The notes under the pieces are model-generated. The model was not told the origin of the DNA, did not search any database, and was given only the letters and a program-made list of their open reading frames with translations. DNA of 64,000 bases from Dehalococcoidia bacterium (GTDB taxonomy: Bacteria > Chloroflexota > Dehalococcoidia > Bin125), in contig CAXXNO010000004.1 in NCBI GenBank assembly GCA_963663235.2, forward strand, positions 448,001 to 512,000, read 5' to 3'. Positions 51,141-61,327 of the stretch are shown here, in pieces. Made by a program: the position numbers and the translations under genes. The stretch's first letter is position 1. Each line of letters opens with the position of its first letter.

Positions 51141-52050
51141 AGCGTTTCACGTAGTGCCCTTCGGCGACCAGGACGTAGCCGCTGGCGGCGCTCTCCGCCG
51201 TGGACGCCTCTGCCATCTCTCGCGCGATCGAGGCCGGAGCGGCCGGCGCGGCGTCGTGCTCCAGCGCGATGAGTGCGTCGCTCACCATCGCTTTACTGTA
51301 CGGGTGCGTGGGCTGAGCGAAGAACGACTCCACCGGCGCGAACTCGAGCAGCTCGCCCCCGCCCAGCACGGCAACGGTGTCACAGTTCTCGGCGACAATG
51401 CCCAGATCACGCGTCAGGAGGATGCTGGCCGACCCACGCTCATCGATCAATGTCTTCATCCCGTCCACGACCTGCGCGGCGACGGTCACGTCCAGGTCAC
51501 TCGTCGGCTCGTCTGCAATCAGCAGGTGCGGTTCGCACACCATCGCCTGCGCGACGAGGATGCGCTGCGCCATGCCCCCGCTGAGTTCGTGCGGGTAGGC
51601 GTGCGCCCGTCGCTCCGGGTCCGGGATGCCCACGGAATTCAACATGCCGATGATCAGCTGATCCTCGGCATCCTTGTCCAGCGTCAAATGTGAGCGGATC
51701 ACATAACGGATCTGCGTGCCGACGGTCTCCATGGGATTGAGCGCGGCCCGGCCGCCGGTCAGGATCATCGAGAGCTGCGAACCGCGCAGTCGACGCAACT
51801 CCGCCTCGGACTTTCGCAGGAGGTCCTCGCCCAGGAACAGCACAGATCCGCCGGTCACCCTGACAAGATCCGGTAGCACGCCCATCACAGCGAGTGCCAG
51901 GATCGACTTGCCGGACCCGCTCTCGCCCACCACGGCCAGCATTTCGCCCGCGCAGACGGCCAGTGAGATGTCATGCAGGAGAACCGTTCCCGGCCGCGGG
52001 CCGGCGACGGTCAAATGGCTCAGCTCAAGGACCGGCCGTGTCGCCTCCAT
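51127..52050 (-). CDS. Peptide/nickel ABC transporter ATPase (OppD-like)
   Basis: GESGSGKS, YPHELSGGMAQR, IADEPT, HPYS. Confidence 0.9.
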   Translation of the reverse strand: MEATRPVLELSHLTVAGPRPGTVLLHDISLAVCAGEMLAVVGESGSGKSILALAVMGVLPDLVRVTGGSVLFLGEDLLRKSEAELRRLRGSQLSMILTGGRAALNPMETVGTQIRYVIRSHLTLDKDAEDQLIIGMLNSVGIPDPERRAHAYPHELSGGMAQRILVAQAMVCEPHLLIADEPTSDLDVTVAAQVVDGMKTLIDERGSASILLTRDLGIVAENCDTVAVLGGGELLEFAPVESFFAQPTHPYSKAMVSDALIALEHDAAPAAPASIAREMAEASTAESAASGYVLVAEGHYVKRFDDA

Positions 52051-52053
52051 GCC

Positions 52054-52938
52054 TTAACGCTCGATCCGCTTGCGTAACGACTCACCGATGACGGCCAGCG
52101 CGAACACGGTGAGCGCAATGGCCAGTCCCGGGAACAGCGCCGGCCACCACCGCCCGACATAGATCTGCTCTTGGCCGGTCGAGATCATCGCACCCCACTC
52201 GGGCGTCGGCGGGCGGACGCCGGCGCCCAGGAAGCTCAGGCCCGCTGTCAGGAGGATGGCGAATCCCATCGTGGGTGATGCCTGCACCACCGCTGCGCCA
52301 ACCGAGTTGCGGAAGACATTCACGAAGAGTACGCGCCAGAGCGGGCTTCCGGCCGCGATCTGTGCTTCCACGAACAGGCGCTCCCGCACGTGCAACACCT
52401 CGGCCCGCATGAAACGGAAAAAGATCGGCGTGAAGAGGAACGCCAGCACGGCGATCACGTTCCAGGTCCCTTGCCCGGCTATCCCCACAAGAGCGAGGGC
52501 CACGATGAAAGCCGGGAATGATTGCAAGATATCCATGAGTCGATTGAGGATCTCTGTGAGGAAGCCGAGAATACCGCCGCGCCCTTGAAAGTAACTTCCA
52601 AAGAGCCCGATCACGGAGCCCGCGCCCAGCGCGATCAGCACGCTCATGATCCCGATGAGCAGGTCGATGCGAGGCGCATGGATCACCCGGCTGAAGATAT
52701 CGGTGCCGTTGACGTCCGTACCGAACGGATGCGACAAGCTTGGAGACTCCAGGCGGTCGGCCGGGCGCGGCAGCTCGGGATCCGCGAGGGGCAGCACGGG
52801 GGCGAAGATCGCGAAGAACGCCATCGCGGCGAGAATCAGCACGGCCGTGATGAATAGCCAGTCGCCCTCGAACCAGTTCCACGCGCGCCTCACGGCTCCC
52901 CGTGCCTGCTGATCGATCCCAGCGACCGCGACAGTCAT
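52054..52938 (-). CDS. Peptide/nickel ABC transporter permease (OppC-like)
   Basis: HPFGTD, LSFLGAG..PPTPEWG. Confidence 0.92.
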   Translation of the reverse strand: MTVAVAGIDQQARGAVRRAWNWFEGDWLFITAVLILAAMAFFAIFAPVLPLADPELPRPADRLESPSLSHPFGTDVNGTDIFSRVIHAPRIDLLIGIMSVLIALGAGSVIGLFGSYFQGRGGILGFLTEILNRLMDILQSFPAFIVALALVGIAGQGTWNVIAVLAFLFTPIFFRFMRAEVLHVRERLFVEAQIAAGSPLWRVLFVNVFRNSVGAAVVQASPTMGFAILLTAGLSFLGAGVRPPTPEWGAMISTGQEQIYVGRWWPALFPGLAIALTVFALAVIGESLRKRIER

Positions 52939-52950
52939 GGCTCCGTCCCT

Positions 52951-53970
52951 TTAGAGCCGGACCCGCGGGTCCGCGATCGCGTACAGCACGTCGACGATCA
53001 GATACGTGAACATCGTGATCGTCGCCGCCACCAGCAGGAATCCCTGTACGGCCAACAGATCCTTCCGTAGCACGGCCTCCACCGCGTATTGCCCGAATCC
53101 GTTCCAGGCGAACACTTGCTCAACCAACACCGCGCCACCGATCAGGAATGCGAACAGGACGCCGACGATCGTGATCGTTGGGGGCAACGTATTACGGAAG
53201 AGGTACCAGTAGAGGTAGCGGCGCCGCATGCCGTGGACGCGTGCGGCCACCAAGAACGGCTCGCGCCGGGATTTCTCGACCGCCGCGGCCACCGTCTTCA
53301 GTACGGCCGGCATGTAGACCAGGACCAGGGTGGCGACGGGCAATAGGAGATGCGTCAGCGACGATTTGAAGGCGGCCCAGTTTCCATCGATGAGCGAGTC
53401 GATGGGTAAGAGGTAGGTCTTTTCCGGTGGCGCCCGAACGCCGATGCCGATCTGGCCGAGCGGCGCGGGCGCGATGTCCGCGACATGGAAGAAGAGGAAC
53501 ACCAGCAGGAGTCCCATCCAAAAATCCGGGATGGAGCCGGCGAAGAAGCCGTACCACGTTAAGATGCGGCTCAGCACACCGCGCGGTCGTAGCCCCGCAA
53601 TGATCCCGATCACGACCCCGAGGACGAGGCTCAGGAACATCGCCAGGGTGATCAACTCGAGGGTCGCGGGCAACCGACGCCCGATGTCCTCCAGCACAGG
53701 CTCCTGTGTCCGGAACGAGCGGCCCCAGTCGCCCTGGACGAGATTCTCCAAGTACTTTCCGTACTGCACGACGACGGGATCGTCGAGGCCCAAGCGCTCA
53801 CGCATGGCCTGCAACGAGACCTCGTTTGTCGCCGCCGGTCCCAAGGCGAGACGCGCCGGATCACCCGGGATGAGCTTGAGCAGCGCGAACGCGAGCACCG
53901 ACACGACGAAGAGTTGCGGGATCACGAACGCCGCACGCCGCGCCACGTATCGCGGCAGTCTGTTTTTCAC
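52951..53970 (-). CDS. Peptide/nickel ABC transporter permease (OppB-like)
   Basis: PGDPA, GDWGRS, LPATLEL, GAVLVEQVF, DPRVR. Confidence 0.92.
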   Translation of the reverse strand: MKNRLPRYVARRAAFVIPQLFVVSVLAFALLKLIPGDPARLALGPAATNEVSLQAMRERLGLDDPVVVQYGKYLENLVQGDWGRSFRTQEPVLEDIGRRLPATLELITLAMFLSLVLGVVIGIIAGLRPRGVLSRILTWYGFFAGSIPDFWMGLLLVFLFFHVADIAPAPLGQIGIGVRAPPEKTYLLPIDSLIDGNWAAFKSSLTHLLLPVATLVLVYMPAVLKTVAAAVEKSRREPFLVAARVHGMRRRYLYWYLFRNTLPPTITIVGVLFAFLIGGAVLVEQVFAWNGFGQYAVEAVLRKDLLAVQGFLLVAATITMFTYLIVDVLYAIADPRVRL

Positions 53971-54108
53971 CGCTCTACTCTTGTCCCGCCAGCCCTCGTC
54001 GACGGATCGCTGCGGCGAACGGACGATCGCTGGGCGCGCGCACGCCGATGGACTCGCCGACGGCTAGCCCGCCCCCACCCGTGAGGAGCCGCTGCCTCGG
54101 GTGCGGCG

Positions 54109-55842
54109 CTACGTCTTGCGCAGTTGGCGGAAGTACATGTCGTTCGCGTTGTGCCAGGTGAACCCTTCAATGTTGTCCCGCATTGCCACGGCGTAGAACG
54201 GCTCAACCAGCGGTGCGAACCCCGAGAGCTCCAGCGCTCGCGCCTGCCCAGCCTGGCTCGCTTCGATTCGGTCATCCAGATCCACCAACGGGATCGCCTC
54301 ATCGATGAGCCGCTGCAGCTCCGGATCATCCAACTGGCCGTGGTTGCTGATGGTTGCCGGGTCGTAGTTATAAAGGAACAACCCGTAGATCGGGTCCGGT
54401 CCGATCGGGGTGTCGAGCCATAGCCCGAACGGGATGGTGCGGCCATACGTGCCGTCAATCATGTCCCCGTCGGGGAGGGGGTTGAGCGTCACGTTGACGC
54501 CGATCTCGGCCAAGTTGGCGCGCACCAGGTTCGCAATCTGCTCGTTCAGCGGGAGCGCTGTCGTGTAGCTCAGATCGAGGTCCATGCCGCCGCCGAAGCC
54601 CGCATCGTCGAGCAGCGCCTTCGCCGCGCCCGCGTCCGGCTGATCCGGGAAGGGCCACAGGTCCGAGTTCGCTCCGGGGTTGATGGTTGAGAGGGCCGCC
54701 CGCCAGGGCAGGGCGAGACCAAGGTAGACGCTCTCCGCAATCTCGTCGCGCGGCATCATGATATTGAGGGCCTGTCGGACCCGCACGTCGTCGAACGGCG
54801 GCAGCAGCGAGTTCATGTAGGCGAACAGGACGAAATTGCTTCGCACCGCGATGGCGTTGACACCATCGGAGTCCTTGGCCTGGAAGAACTGGTCCGGGCT
54901 CAAATCTTCGGCGATGTCGACTTCGCCCGCCTGCAACGCCGCCAAGCGTACCGAGGACTCCGGAACCACGCGGTAGATCACTCGGTCGATCTGGGGCGGC
55001 CCCTGGAAGTAGTTCGGATTCGCCCGCCAGATCACTTCCTGGCCCGGGGTCCACGTCTCGACATCGTAGGCGCCGAAGCCAGCGCAGTTGCTGGCCAAAA
55101 AGTCGATCGACCAGGGGTCATCTTCGGTGGCGGCCGCCTGCGCCGTTTTGGCGTCGAGGAACGGCATGAAGAGATCGTCCCAGACGCTGACGAGCAGGCC
55201 GTTGGGCGCTGTGGCCTTCACCTTGATTGTGTACTTGTCGATGACCTCGTAGGGGTCGTCCAGATCCAGGCCGATCAAGGTGTTGTAGAAGTAGCCGATG
55301 GCCTCCAACGCGATGGCTCGATCAATCGTGTAGGCGATGTCCTCCGAGGTGAGTTCATTCCCGGAGGCGCTGAGAATGCCCTCCCGGAGCGTGAGGATGA
55401 CGGCAGAGTCGTTGTCGGTGATCTCCCACGCCGTCAGCTGCCAGGGCTCAAGTTCTCCGAGGTCGATATAACCCGCGTTCTGGCCTTCCGCCGGCTCCGC
55501 GTAGGGATAATCGATGTTCTTGAAGGCGATCGGCGTGTCGTAGCACTGGCTCATCGACTCGTACGTCGGAAAGTTCCCGGCCGAGAGGTCTTTGTCGAGC
55601 CCGATCGGGAAGGCGGAGATGGCAACAGTGAGCGTCACCTCTTCATCGCCCGCCTGGTCCTGTGCGGGCCGCACTGCCCCGTCGTCGTCATCGTCGTCGC
55701 CGCAGCCCACGAGGGCGAGGCCGGCCGCGCCCACGCCCGACGTTGCGGCGGCGGCCAGCAAGCGCCGCCGTTGGATCCGCCGCCGGTGCCAGGGCAGGCG
55801 AGTGCCCTCGTCGTGTCCGCTGGTGTTCTCGCTCGAAGTCAC
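54109..55842 (-). CDS. ABC substrate-binding protein family 5, TAT lipoprotein
   Basis: RRRLL...LVGC; ANPNYF, VRLAALQAGEVD, PFDDVRVRQA. Confidence 0.9.
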   Translation of the reverse strand: MTSSENTSGHDEGTRLPWHRRRIQRRRLLAAAATSGVGAAGLALVGCGDDDDDDGAVRPAQDQAGDEEVTLTVAISAFPIGLDKDLSAGNFPTYESMSQCYDTPIAFKNIDYPYAEPAEGQNAGYIDLGELEPWQLTAWEITDNDSAVILTLREGILSASGNELTSEDIAYTIDRAIALEAIGYFYNTLIGLDLDDPYEVIDKYTIKVKATAPNGLLVSVWDDLFMPFLDAKTAQAAATEDDPWSIDFLASNCAGFGAYDVETWTPGQEVIWRANPNYFQGPPQIDRVIYRVVPESSVRLAALQAGEVDIAEDLSPDQFFQAKDSDGVNAIAVRSNFVLFAYMNSLLPPFDDVRVRQALNIMMPRDEIAESVYLGLALPWRAALSTINPGANSDLWPFPDQPDAGAAKALLDDAGFGGGMDLDLSYTTALPLNEQIANLVRANLAEIGVNVTLNPLPDGDMIDGTYGRTIPFGLWLDTPIGPDPIYGLFLYNYDPATISNHGQLDDPELQRLIDEAIPLVDLDDRIEASQAGQARALELSGFAPLVEPFYAVAMRDNIEGFTWHNANDMYFRQLRKT

Positions 55843-55915
55843 GCTGTACCTCCTGCTTTCATCGCTGCGTATCTCGCTCTCACGAAGCCATCGCCTCGCT
55901 ATTCTCGCCTAGCTG

Positions 55916-56686
55916 TCAAGTCTTTCGGGCTTGAGCGGGCCATCCGAGGGGCTCGACGTCGGTTTCGCGGATTTCGACCCCGATCGGGTAGACCGGCACG
56001 CCGCTCTCATCCCAGTCTTCGATGGGGATCGAGCCCGTCCCGTGAGGACAGATCGACACCACGACCGCCAGCGAGATCTCCGCGTAGAATTCGATGTAAT
56101 CGCCAGCCTGGGCGTTGCCCTCCTCCAGCAGATAGTCGCTCGTCACGGGGTCCAGGGCCGTGTTCTGAAAGAGGTTCATGTTGTCGTGGATCGCCCGCTG
56201 GCTGTGACCGAGTTGGGCGAAGCCGGCACGGAGATTGTCGTAGCAGCTGCGCGGATGCCGGCGCGTGTAGAGCATCCAGAGGTGGGGATTGCAGTGCGCG
56301 CCGTGCGCGGCGTGCTCACGCGCATGGCTGGGGTTCGGCGCAGGGCGAACCGTGTCGGCGATACAGGTGCACAGTGGTCGGTTGCGCGGCGGCGTGCCCC
56401 AGACACGCGTGAGCCGTGTCACCTGCGTCCCCTCCAACGCGACTTGTGTGCCCGAGTGGAAGTGCTCCCGCGGGTCCTCCGCGCTCGCGACGCAGGTATC
56501 GATGATCTGCGCCGCTGCGAGCTCGACCAGGCGGAACGTCTGCCCTGCCTCCACCCGGAAGCCGTAGCCGCGGCCCGCTGGCACCTCTTCGCGCGACACG
56601 AGGCGGAACGACTCCCGCTTGGCCATCAACCCTTCGTAGAAGTCGCGATCGAACGGGACGCTGATGTTCACCTCTTCGGAGCCCAT
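55916..56686 (-). CDS. DUF1989 family protein (Cys-containing type, copy 1)
   Basis: Close paralog of 46706..47464 (TRLTRVWGTPP, AHCNPH, CYDNLRAG). Confidence 0.85.
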   Translation of the reverse strand: MGSEEVNISVPFDRDFYEGLMAKRESFRLVSREEVPAGRGYGFRVEAGQTFRLVELAAAQIIDTCVASAEDPREHFHSGTQVALEGTQVTRLTRVWGTPPRNRPLCTCIADTVRPAPNPSHAREHAAHGAHCNPHLWMLYTRRHPRSCYDNLRAGFAQLGHSQRAIHDNMNLFQNTALDPVTSDYLLEEGNAQAGDYIEFYAEISLAVVVSICPHGTGSIPIEDWDESGVPVYPIGVEIRETDVEPLGWPAQARKT

Positions 56687-56688
56687 CG

Positions 56689-57570
56689 CTACTCCCTCCC
56701 GGACGTGGGCACGGGCTCATCGGAGCGCACGCCCCGCTGGTCAAGGTAGAGAGTCAGATCCGGGTAGCCCATGTCGGGGTAAGGCCAGCCAGGAGGCTCC
56801 GCCACCCGGTCGTACACTGCTACCTCCACCGGCCGCGGCCGCACGGCGTCGGCGCTCGCCGCCGGGGACGACCCGTCAGTGAACGGACTCAATGCCAGCA
56901 ACACGACGAGGTCCATCTCGGCGAACACGGTCACGCGATCGCCGGCCAGAGCATCGGAGGGCAGCAAGCGCACGTGCTGGCTATACGGGTCGATCCGGCC
57001 CTTCTGGAAGAAGCAGGCGTCGTCTTTGTCCAGCACGGCCGCCGGGTCCCAGCCTCTCTGTTCCACCAGGCTGGCCAGTTGCTCCCAGCCGCTGGGAACA
57101 CCGGATGGACCGCCCGCCGCGCGCCAGAAAGCAGGGCTGCTGGTACCACTGAAGCATGGGTGATGCCGGCCCGGAACGGCGCCGTCTCGCCGCGGCGGCG
57201 TCACGGTGTCTTCGAGGATCGTCAACATGGGCCGGTGGCGGGCCATGCTGCCCCACAGCCGCCCGTAGCGCGTGAGAAACAACCCTTCTGTCGTGACGGT
57301 GTGCTGGGCCCAGTAGCGTTCGTCTGGATCGGAGGGGTTGACCGGGTACATATGCACGATCTGTGCGCCCTCGCGCAGTCGCAGGCGTAGCAGTTCTCCC
57401 GCCGCGACATCGACGGCAAGACCCGTGAACCCGGCGAGCTCAGTGGTTGTGCGCGCCGTCCATCGGTCTTGTTCCTGGAGCAACCGATGGTAGAAGGCCC
57501 GATCGATCGGCTTCGGGCAGAGATGCGTGGTGTCTTGCCAGAGTGCTTCGTCGCCCATGACGCGGGCCAA
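56689..57570 (-). CDS. DUF1989 family protein (degenerate partner type, copy 1)
   Basis: Close paralog of 47474..48343 (LDKDDACFFQK, PWPYP/GWPYP, YPDL.LYLD). Confidence 0.75.
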   Translation of the reverse strand: MARVMGDEALWQDTTHLCPKPIDRAFYHRLLQEQDRWTARTTTELAGFTGLAVDVAAGELLRLRLREGAQIVHMYPVNPSDPDERYWAQHTVTTEGLFLTRYGRLWGSMARHRPMLTILEDTVTPPRRDGAVPGRHHPCFSGTSSPAFWRAAGGPSGVPSGWEQLASLVEQRGWDPAAVLDKDDACFFQKGRIDPYSQHVRLLPSDALAGDRVTVFAEMDLVVLLALSPFTDGSSPAASADAVRPRPVEVAVYDRVAEPPGWPYPDMGYPDLTLYLDQRGVRSDEPVPTSGRE

Positions 57571-58208
57571 TCAGTGGATCGACCGCAGTGAGATGATCCT
57601 CTTGCTACGTCCGTACGCTTGGCTTGTCAAGAGAAACGAGCGGGATCTGACCATCAGCGGAGGACTCTGGATGTCCGAGACGTGGACGGCCAGAGCGTGG
57701 CCGCCCCTCGCCGACAGCGAGCGTCAATCGTTCCGCGACGAGCCACATATCGGCATCCGGTTCGTCGGATGGCCGGCGGGCGCGCCCGTGACCTCGCTTC
57801 TCTTAATACGCGTCCTTTGATGACGTGAGGTGTTTCAAAACTCGGTTTGCCTTGATTGAGTGGCGTCCGGCCGAGAACCTCGCCCTCGCGAGGTACGGCG
57901 ATGTGGCTCTATTGGCGACTCTTTCTCATCGGGCTGGCGCTGGAGAACCCCACGTGGGGCGTGCGCCGGATCGCCGCCGGTCCGCGCACGCCGTCCCCTC
58001 GCACGCCTTGATGCCGCACAAACGAATCGGGCATCGCCTCTTCGACTCGGGGCGTCGCGGGCTTCCGGGTGCGGGGCGAGATTCTCGCCGGCAAACCCGT
58101 GCCTCCCGACGATTCCAGTTGTCTGCGAAACGGGCGTTGGCGCGGCAGGCGGGCGCCGGGCGCGGTGGACGGATCCGCGTTCGCGCCTGTGCCGGACGAA
58201 ACGAGATG

Positions 58209-58283
58209 TGGAGCCGGCGGGGGGATTCGAACCCTCGACCTGCTGTTTACGAAACAGCTGCTCTACCTCTGAGCTACACCGGC
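58209..58283 (-). tRNA. trnT: tRNA-Thr(CGT)
   Basis: GCCGGTGTAGCTCAGAGGTAGAGCAGCTGTTTCGTAAACAGCAGGTCGAGGGTTCGAATCCCCCCGCCGGCTCCA; anticodon stem GCTGT/ACAGC, loop TTCGTAA, encoded CCA. Confidence 0.96.
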
Positions 58284-58347
58284 TCGGTGTTCGATTACCA
58301 GATCAGTTGTGTCATACGGATGGCAGCGCGACCTTGTGTTCCTGCCA

Positions 58348-58383
58348 TTTGACAGCAACTTTGACAGCAACTTTGACTGCAAC
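58348..58383 (+). repeat. Three 12-bp direct repeats TTTGAC(A/T)GCAAC, putative integrase arm-type sites
   Basis: tttgacagcaac tttgacagcaac tttgactgcaac. Confidence 0.8.
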
Positions 58384-58394
58384 GCGACGCACGA

Positions 58395-58625
58395 CGCGCC
58401 CCCAATGGCTGCCTCGATGCGATGGGCGACGATTTCCTGCGCCTCCGGTGCGACGTGGCTGTAAACATTCATCGTCGTCCCGATATCCGCATGCCCGAGC
58501 GCTTCCATGGCTCGCCGTGCCGGGACACCCTGAGCCGCCATCAGTGAAGCTGCGCCGTGCCGCAGGTGATGGTATCGCATGCTGGACAGACCGGCTCGCT
58601 GTCGGAGGCCGCCGAACCGTTTCCC
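58395..58625 (-). pseudogene. Tyrosine integrase C-terminal remnant
   Basis: MRYHHLRHGAASL...LGHADIGTTMNVYSHV (H-x-x-R, LGH, catalytic Y); N-terminal domains absent. Confidence 0.88.
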
Positions 58626-58778
58626 GACCGACGTTCCATAGAGTGGCCCGCCGCTCTCGTCGGCAACGACAAGGGCGCCCCACGCGCCCAGACGGCTTTG
58701 TCCTGTACGGCACAAGACCACGACGGCGAGGCCCCTGCGTTCGCCTTCTCCGCAATCGCGCGGAGCGGCTCCACCCTC

Positions 58779-59173
58779 TCAGCGCACGGTCGTCGGTGCT
58801 GCGAGCCGGCGTTTGATAGCGGCCCAATTGGTGCCGGTCTCCAGGGATTCCCACGCCACGAAGGCCGTGCCGCCCGCATTCCACTCTTCCAGGCGGCGCA
58901 TTGCCGTCCGATGCGGCTCCGCGTCGCGGAACCGCTCCATGGCCTCGCGGCTCTCCCAGATGGTGTGTGTATAAATGTGCTTCGGTCGCCACGGGCGCCA
59001 GTGGGTGGTCGCCCCTGATTCCCGGCCGTGGCGAGCGCTTGGTCGTGCACCCGCGCGCCGAGGCGAAACACGCCGACGAAGTTGTGCCAGTGGCGCGTGC
59101 GCAGCACCGTGGCGACGTGGAGATACTGCTGGGTTATCTCGCTCCCCGTTCGTCGCGAATCTACCACGCTCAC
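58779..59173 (-). CDS. DUF3291/ABM-like small protein, frameshifted at the homopolymer 59012-59015
   Basis: YLHVATVLRTRHW...QALATAGNQG joins ATTHW...YTHTIWESREAMERF...PHRTAMRRL if one G is added. Confidence 0.55.
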
Positions 59174-59304
59174 CAGCCCTGGGCTCGGCGGGCTGAAACG
59201 GGGGCAGGTCTGACCCAGCGCGGTCGATGCATGCCGCCGTTGCAGGCAAGCGATCGAATCAAGCAGCGGGTGACTTCGAAGCGCTCTGGGCGACGGCTGC
59301 GGTC

Positions 59305-59532
59305 CTACCGTGGGCGCTTGGATGCGTTCCCTGTCAGCGCCGCATCGATGATCGCTGGATCGACGCCGGCCAGATCACAATCCTGGACCATCGAGACGAT
59401 GGCTCGATTGACGATTTCCTCGCCCAACTCGTTGAACTCGTCGCCGTGATCACGAATCAGCCCGGTCAAATCTGCAATCTGCTGCAGGCGCGTTCCCGTA
59501 AAGGCCTCGATCTGGGTCGTGTTCGAGGGCAT
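59305..59532 (-). CDS. Small hypothetical helical protein (75 aa)
   Basis: GGAG SD upstream; natural amino-acid composition. Confidence 0.5.
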   Translation of the reverse strand: MPSNTTQIEAFTGTRLQQIADLTGLIRDHGDEFNELGEEIVNRAIVSMVQDCDLAGVDPAIIDAALTGNASKRPR

Positions 59533-60111
59533 CCGGCAGCTCTCCTGTCCGCGGGCCTTGAGCCGCGACCGCGAGACCTGAGCACGATTTGCGGCAGTGG
59601 TCTCCGTTCAATAGGCGCAGGACCGAACGCGCTGTGACGCTGGCAGCGGGGATTGCCGTCCCGGGCGGGCGGTGCAGGTACCGGCGATCGTCCGCCGACA
59701 GGGTGCTGCGGTCACTCCGGGCCTTCGGCGGGCGGACGACGGGTCAGTAGGATGCGTGATCGAGATCCCGTTGCACGGAGAGGGCGGAATCGCAGCACTG
59801 TTCAGCTCCGCGCCAGGACGAGCCTGAACGCAGGTGGTCGCCGGTTCGGCCCGTCGCGGTTGCGCGAGCGATCGCGCCGCATCCCACCCGTCCGCCCGGC
59901 AAGCGTAGCGGACAGAACGCATGTTCGCGCACCTGGTCGGCGCGCGACGTGCACGGTTGCGCGCGGATGAGCAGTCGCATTCCGCCCCCAAGAGGGGGTG
60001 TGCGTTGCCAGCGAGCACGCAGTGGTGGATCCTTGCGCCGGTGGGCACTGATGCGCTTCGCCCGATCGCAAGCGCCGCCACCCGTTCGGCGAGCACCATC
60101 GGAGGTCGGCG

Positions 60112-61077
60112 ATGGAGAAGCCCGGATTTTTCCTGAATCCGCCCCCGGGGCAACGCAAGGCAATGATCGAGGCCACGCAAGATCTGGAGCGACGCGGCTT
60201 CCCGTACGTGTTTGCCGGGCAGGGCTCTGCGCCCGCCATCCGCTCGTCAGAAACGGCGGAACACGTGGTCCGCCCCTATTTGGGCGCCAGCTGGCTCGAC
60301 GGGCTCACGCACTGCCTGGCGACCGGCATGGCGACGGAGCGGATCACCTTCGGCACCGCGATCGAAGTGACCTACACCCGCCATCCGCACGAGATGATCG
60401 GGATCGCCAATTACATCAACGAGACCTGCGACGGGCGCTTCATCCTTGGCATCGGGCCCGGACACACCGAGATCCTGGAGCCGTTCCGCTACCGGCTGGA
60501 GAAGCCCTTGGCGCACATGCGACAGTACGTCTACGCGATGCGGGAGGCCGCTGCCGGACAGCCGATGCCGCCCATCATTTTCTCTGCCTTGCGGAAGAAG
60601 ATGGTGCGCCTGGCGGGCGAGCTGGCGGACGGCGTGATCTGGGCCAACGCCGTGCGCTCGCATCTGCCGGAATCCTTGCAGGAGATCCCGGCGGCGAAGC
60701 GCGACACGTTCCTTGTGGGCAACATCGCCCCAGCCTACGTGTCCGACGACCGGGGTGAGGCGTTGGCGGCGGTGCGTCTCGCTCTGAGCAATTATCTCAG
60801 CCTGACGAACTACCAGCGGTATTTCATCGAGGCGGGCTATGGGGAAGAGGTGGAGCGGGTGCGCGCTGCGATTGCGGTCGGCGACCACGCGGGCATCATG
60901 GGGGCAGTGTCGGAGGAGATGGCCGACGACATCGCGGTCTTCGGCACCCCGGCCCAGGTCCGCGAGAAAGTGGAGGCCTTCCAGGCCGCGGGCGTGACCC
61001 ACCTCTGCCTCGCCACCACCTTCCACAGCGAGAACCAGCCCCAGGCGGTCCTGAGGGTCGCCGCCGCCTTCGACTGA
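60112..61077 (+). CDS. LLM-class flavin/F420 oxidoreductase (island cargo)
   Basis: ATERITFGTAI, GRFILGIG, MVRLAGELADG, GTPAQVREKV...AGV. Confidence 0.88.
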   Translation: MEKPGFFLNPPPGQRKAMIEATQDLERRGFPYVFAGQGSAPAIRSSETAEHVVRPYLGASWLDGLTHCLATGMATERITFGTAIEVTYTRHPHEMIGIANYINETCDGRFILGIGPGHTEILEPFRYRLEKPLAHMRQYVYAMREAAAGQPMPPIIFSALRKKMVRLAGELADGVIWANAVRSHLPESLQEIPAAKRDTFLVGNIAPAYVSDDRGEALAAVRLALSNYLSLTNYQRYFIEAGYGEEVERVRAAIAVGDHAGIMGAVSEEMADDIAVFGTPAQVREKVEAFQAAGVTHLCLATTFHSENQPQAVLRVAAAFD

Positions 61078-61127
61078 ACCGCGCCGCCCGCCCATTCGTA
61101 GAGCGACGGGATCGAGCCCTGTGTCAT
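61078..61127 (-). pseudogene. N-terminal relic of a truncated hemoglobin gene
   Basis: GAGGT SD, then MTQGSIPSLYEWAGGA, cut off at the stop codon of the convergent LLM gene. Confidence 0.45.
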
Positions 61128-61200
61128 CGCGACCTCTCGCGGCTGACGGCCAAAATAAAACATCAATGCGCCACGCGCGTGTGGGCTTCGTGTCCAACGG

Positions 61201-61243
61201 TTGACAGCAGTTTTGACAGCAACGTCGACGGACTGACAGCGAC
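61201..61243 (+). repeat. TGACAGC repeats matching the left-end arm sites
   Basis: ttgacagcag ttttgacagcaac ... ctgacagcgac. Confidence 0.75.
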
Positions 61244-61327
61244 GACGGCACACGTAAGCGAATCGACCAGCGCGGACTCTATCCGGCGGCGGACCTTGGC
61301 AGACTTGCCCGAACGCCGCGGTTCAGA

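Noticed and set aside
57570-58200. Guanidine riboswitch expected upstream of the DUF1989 genes
   Set aside because: I could not find the guanidine-I or guanidine-II consensus by eye; Infernal would be needed.
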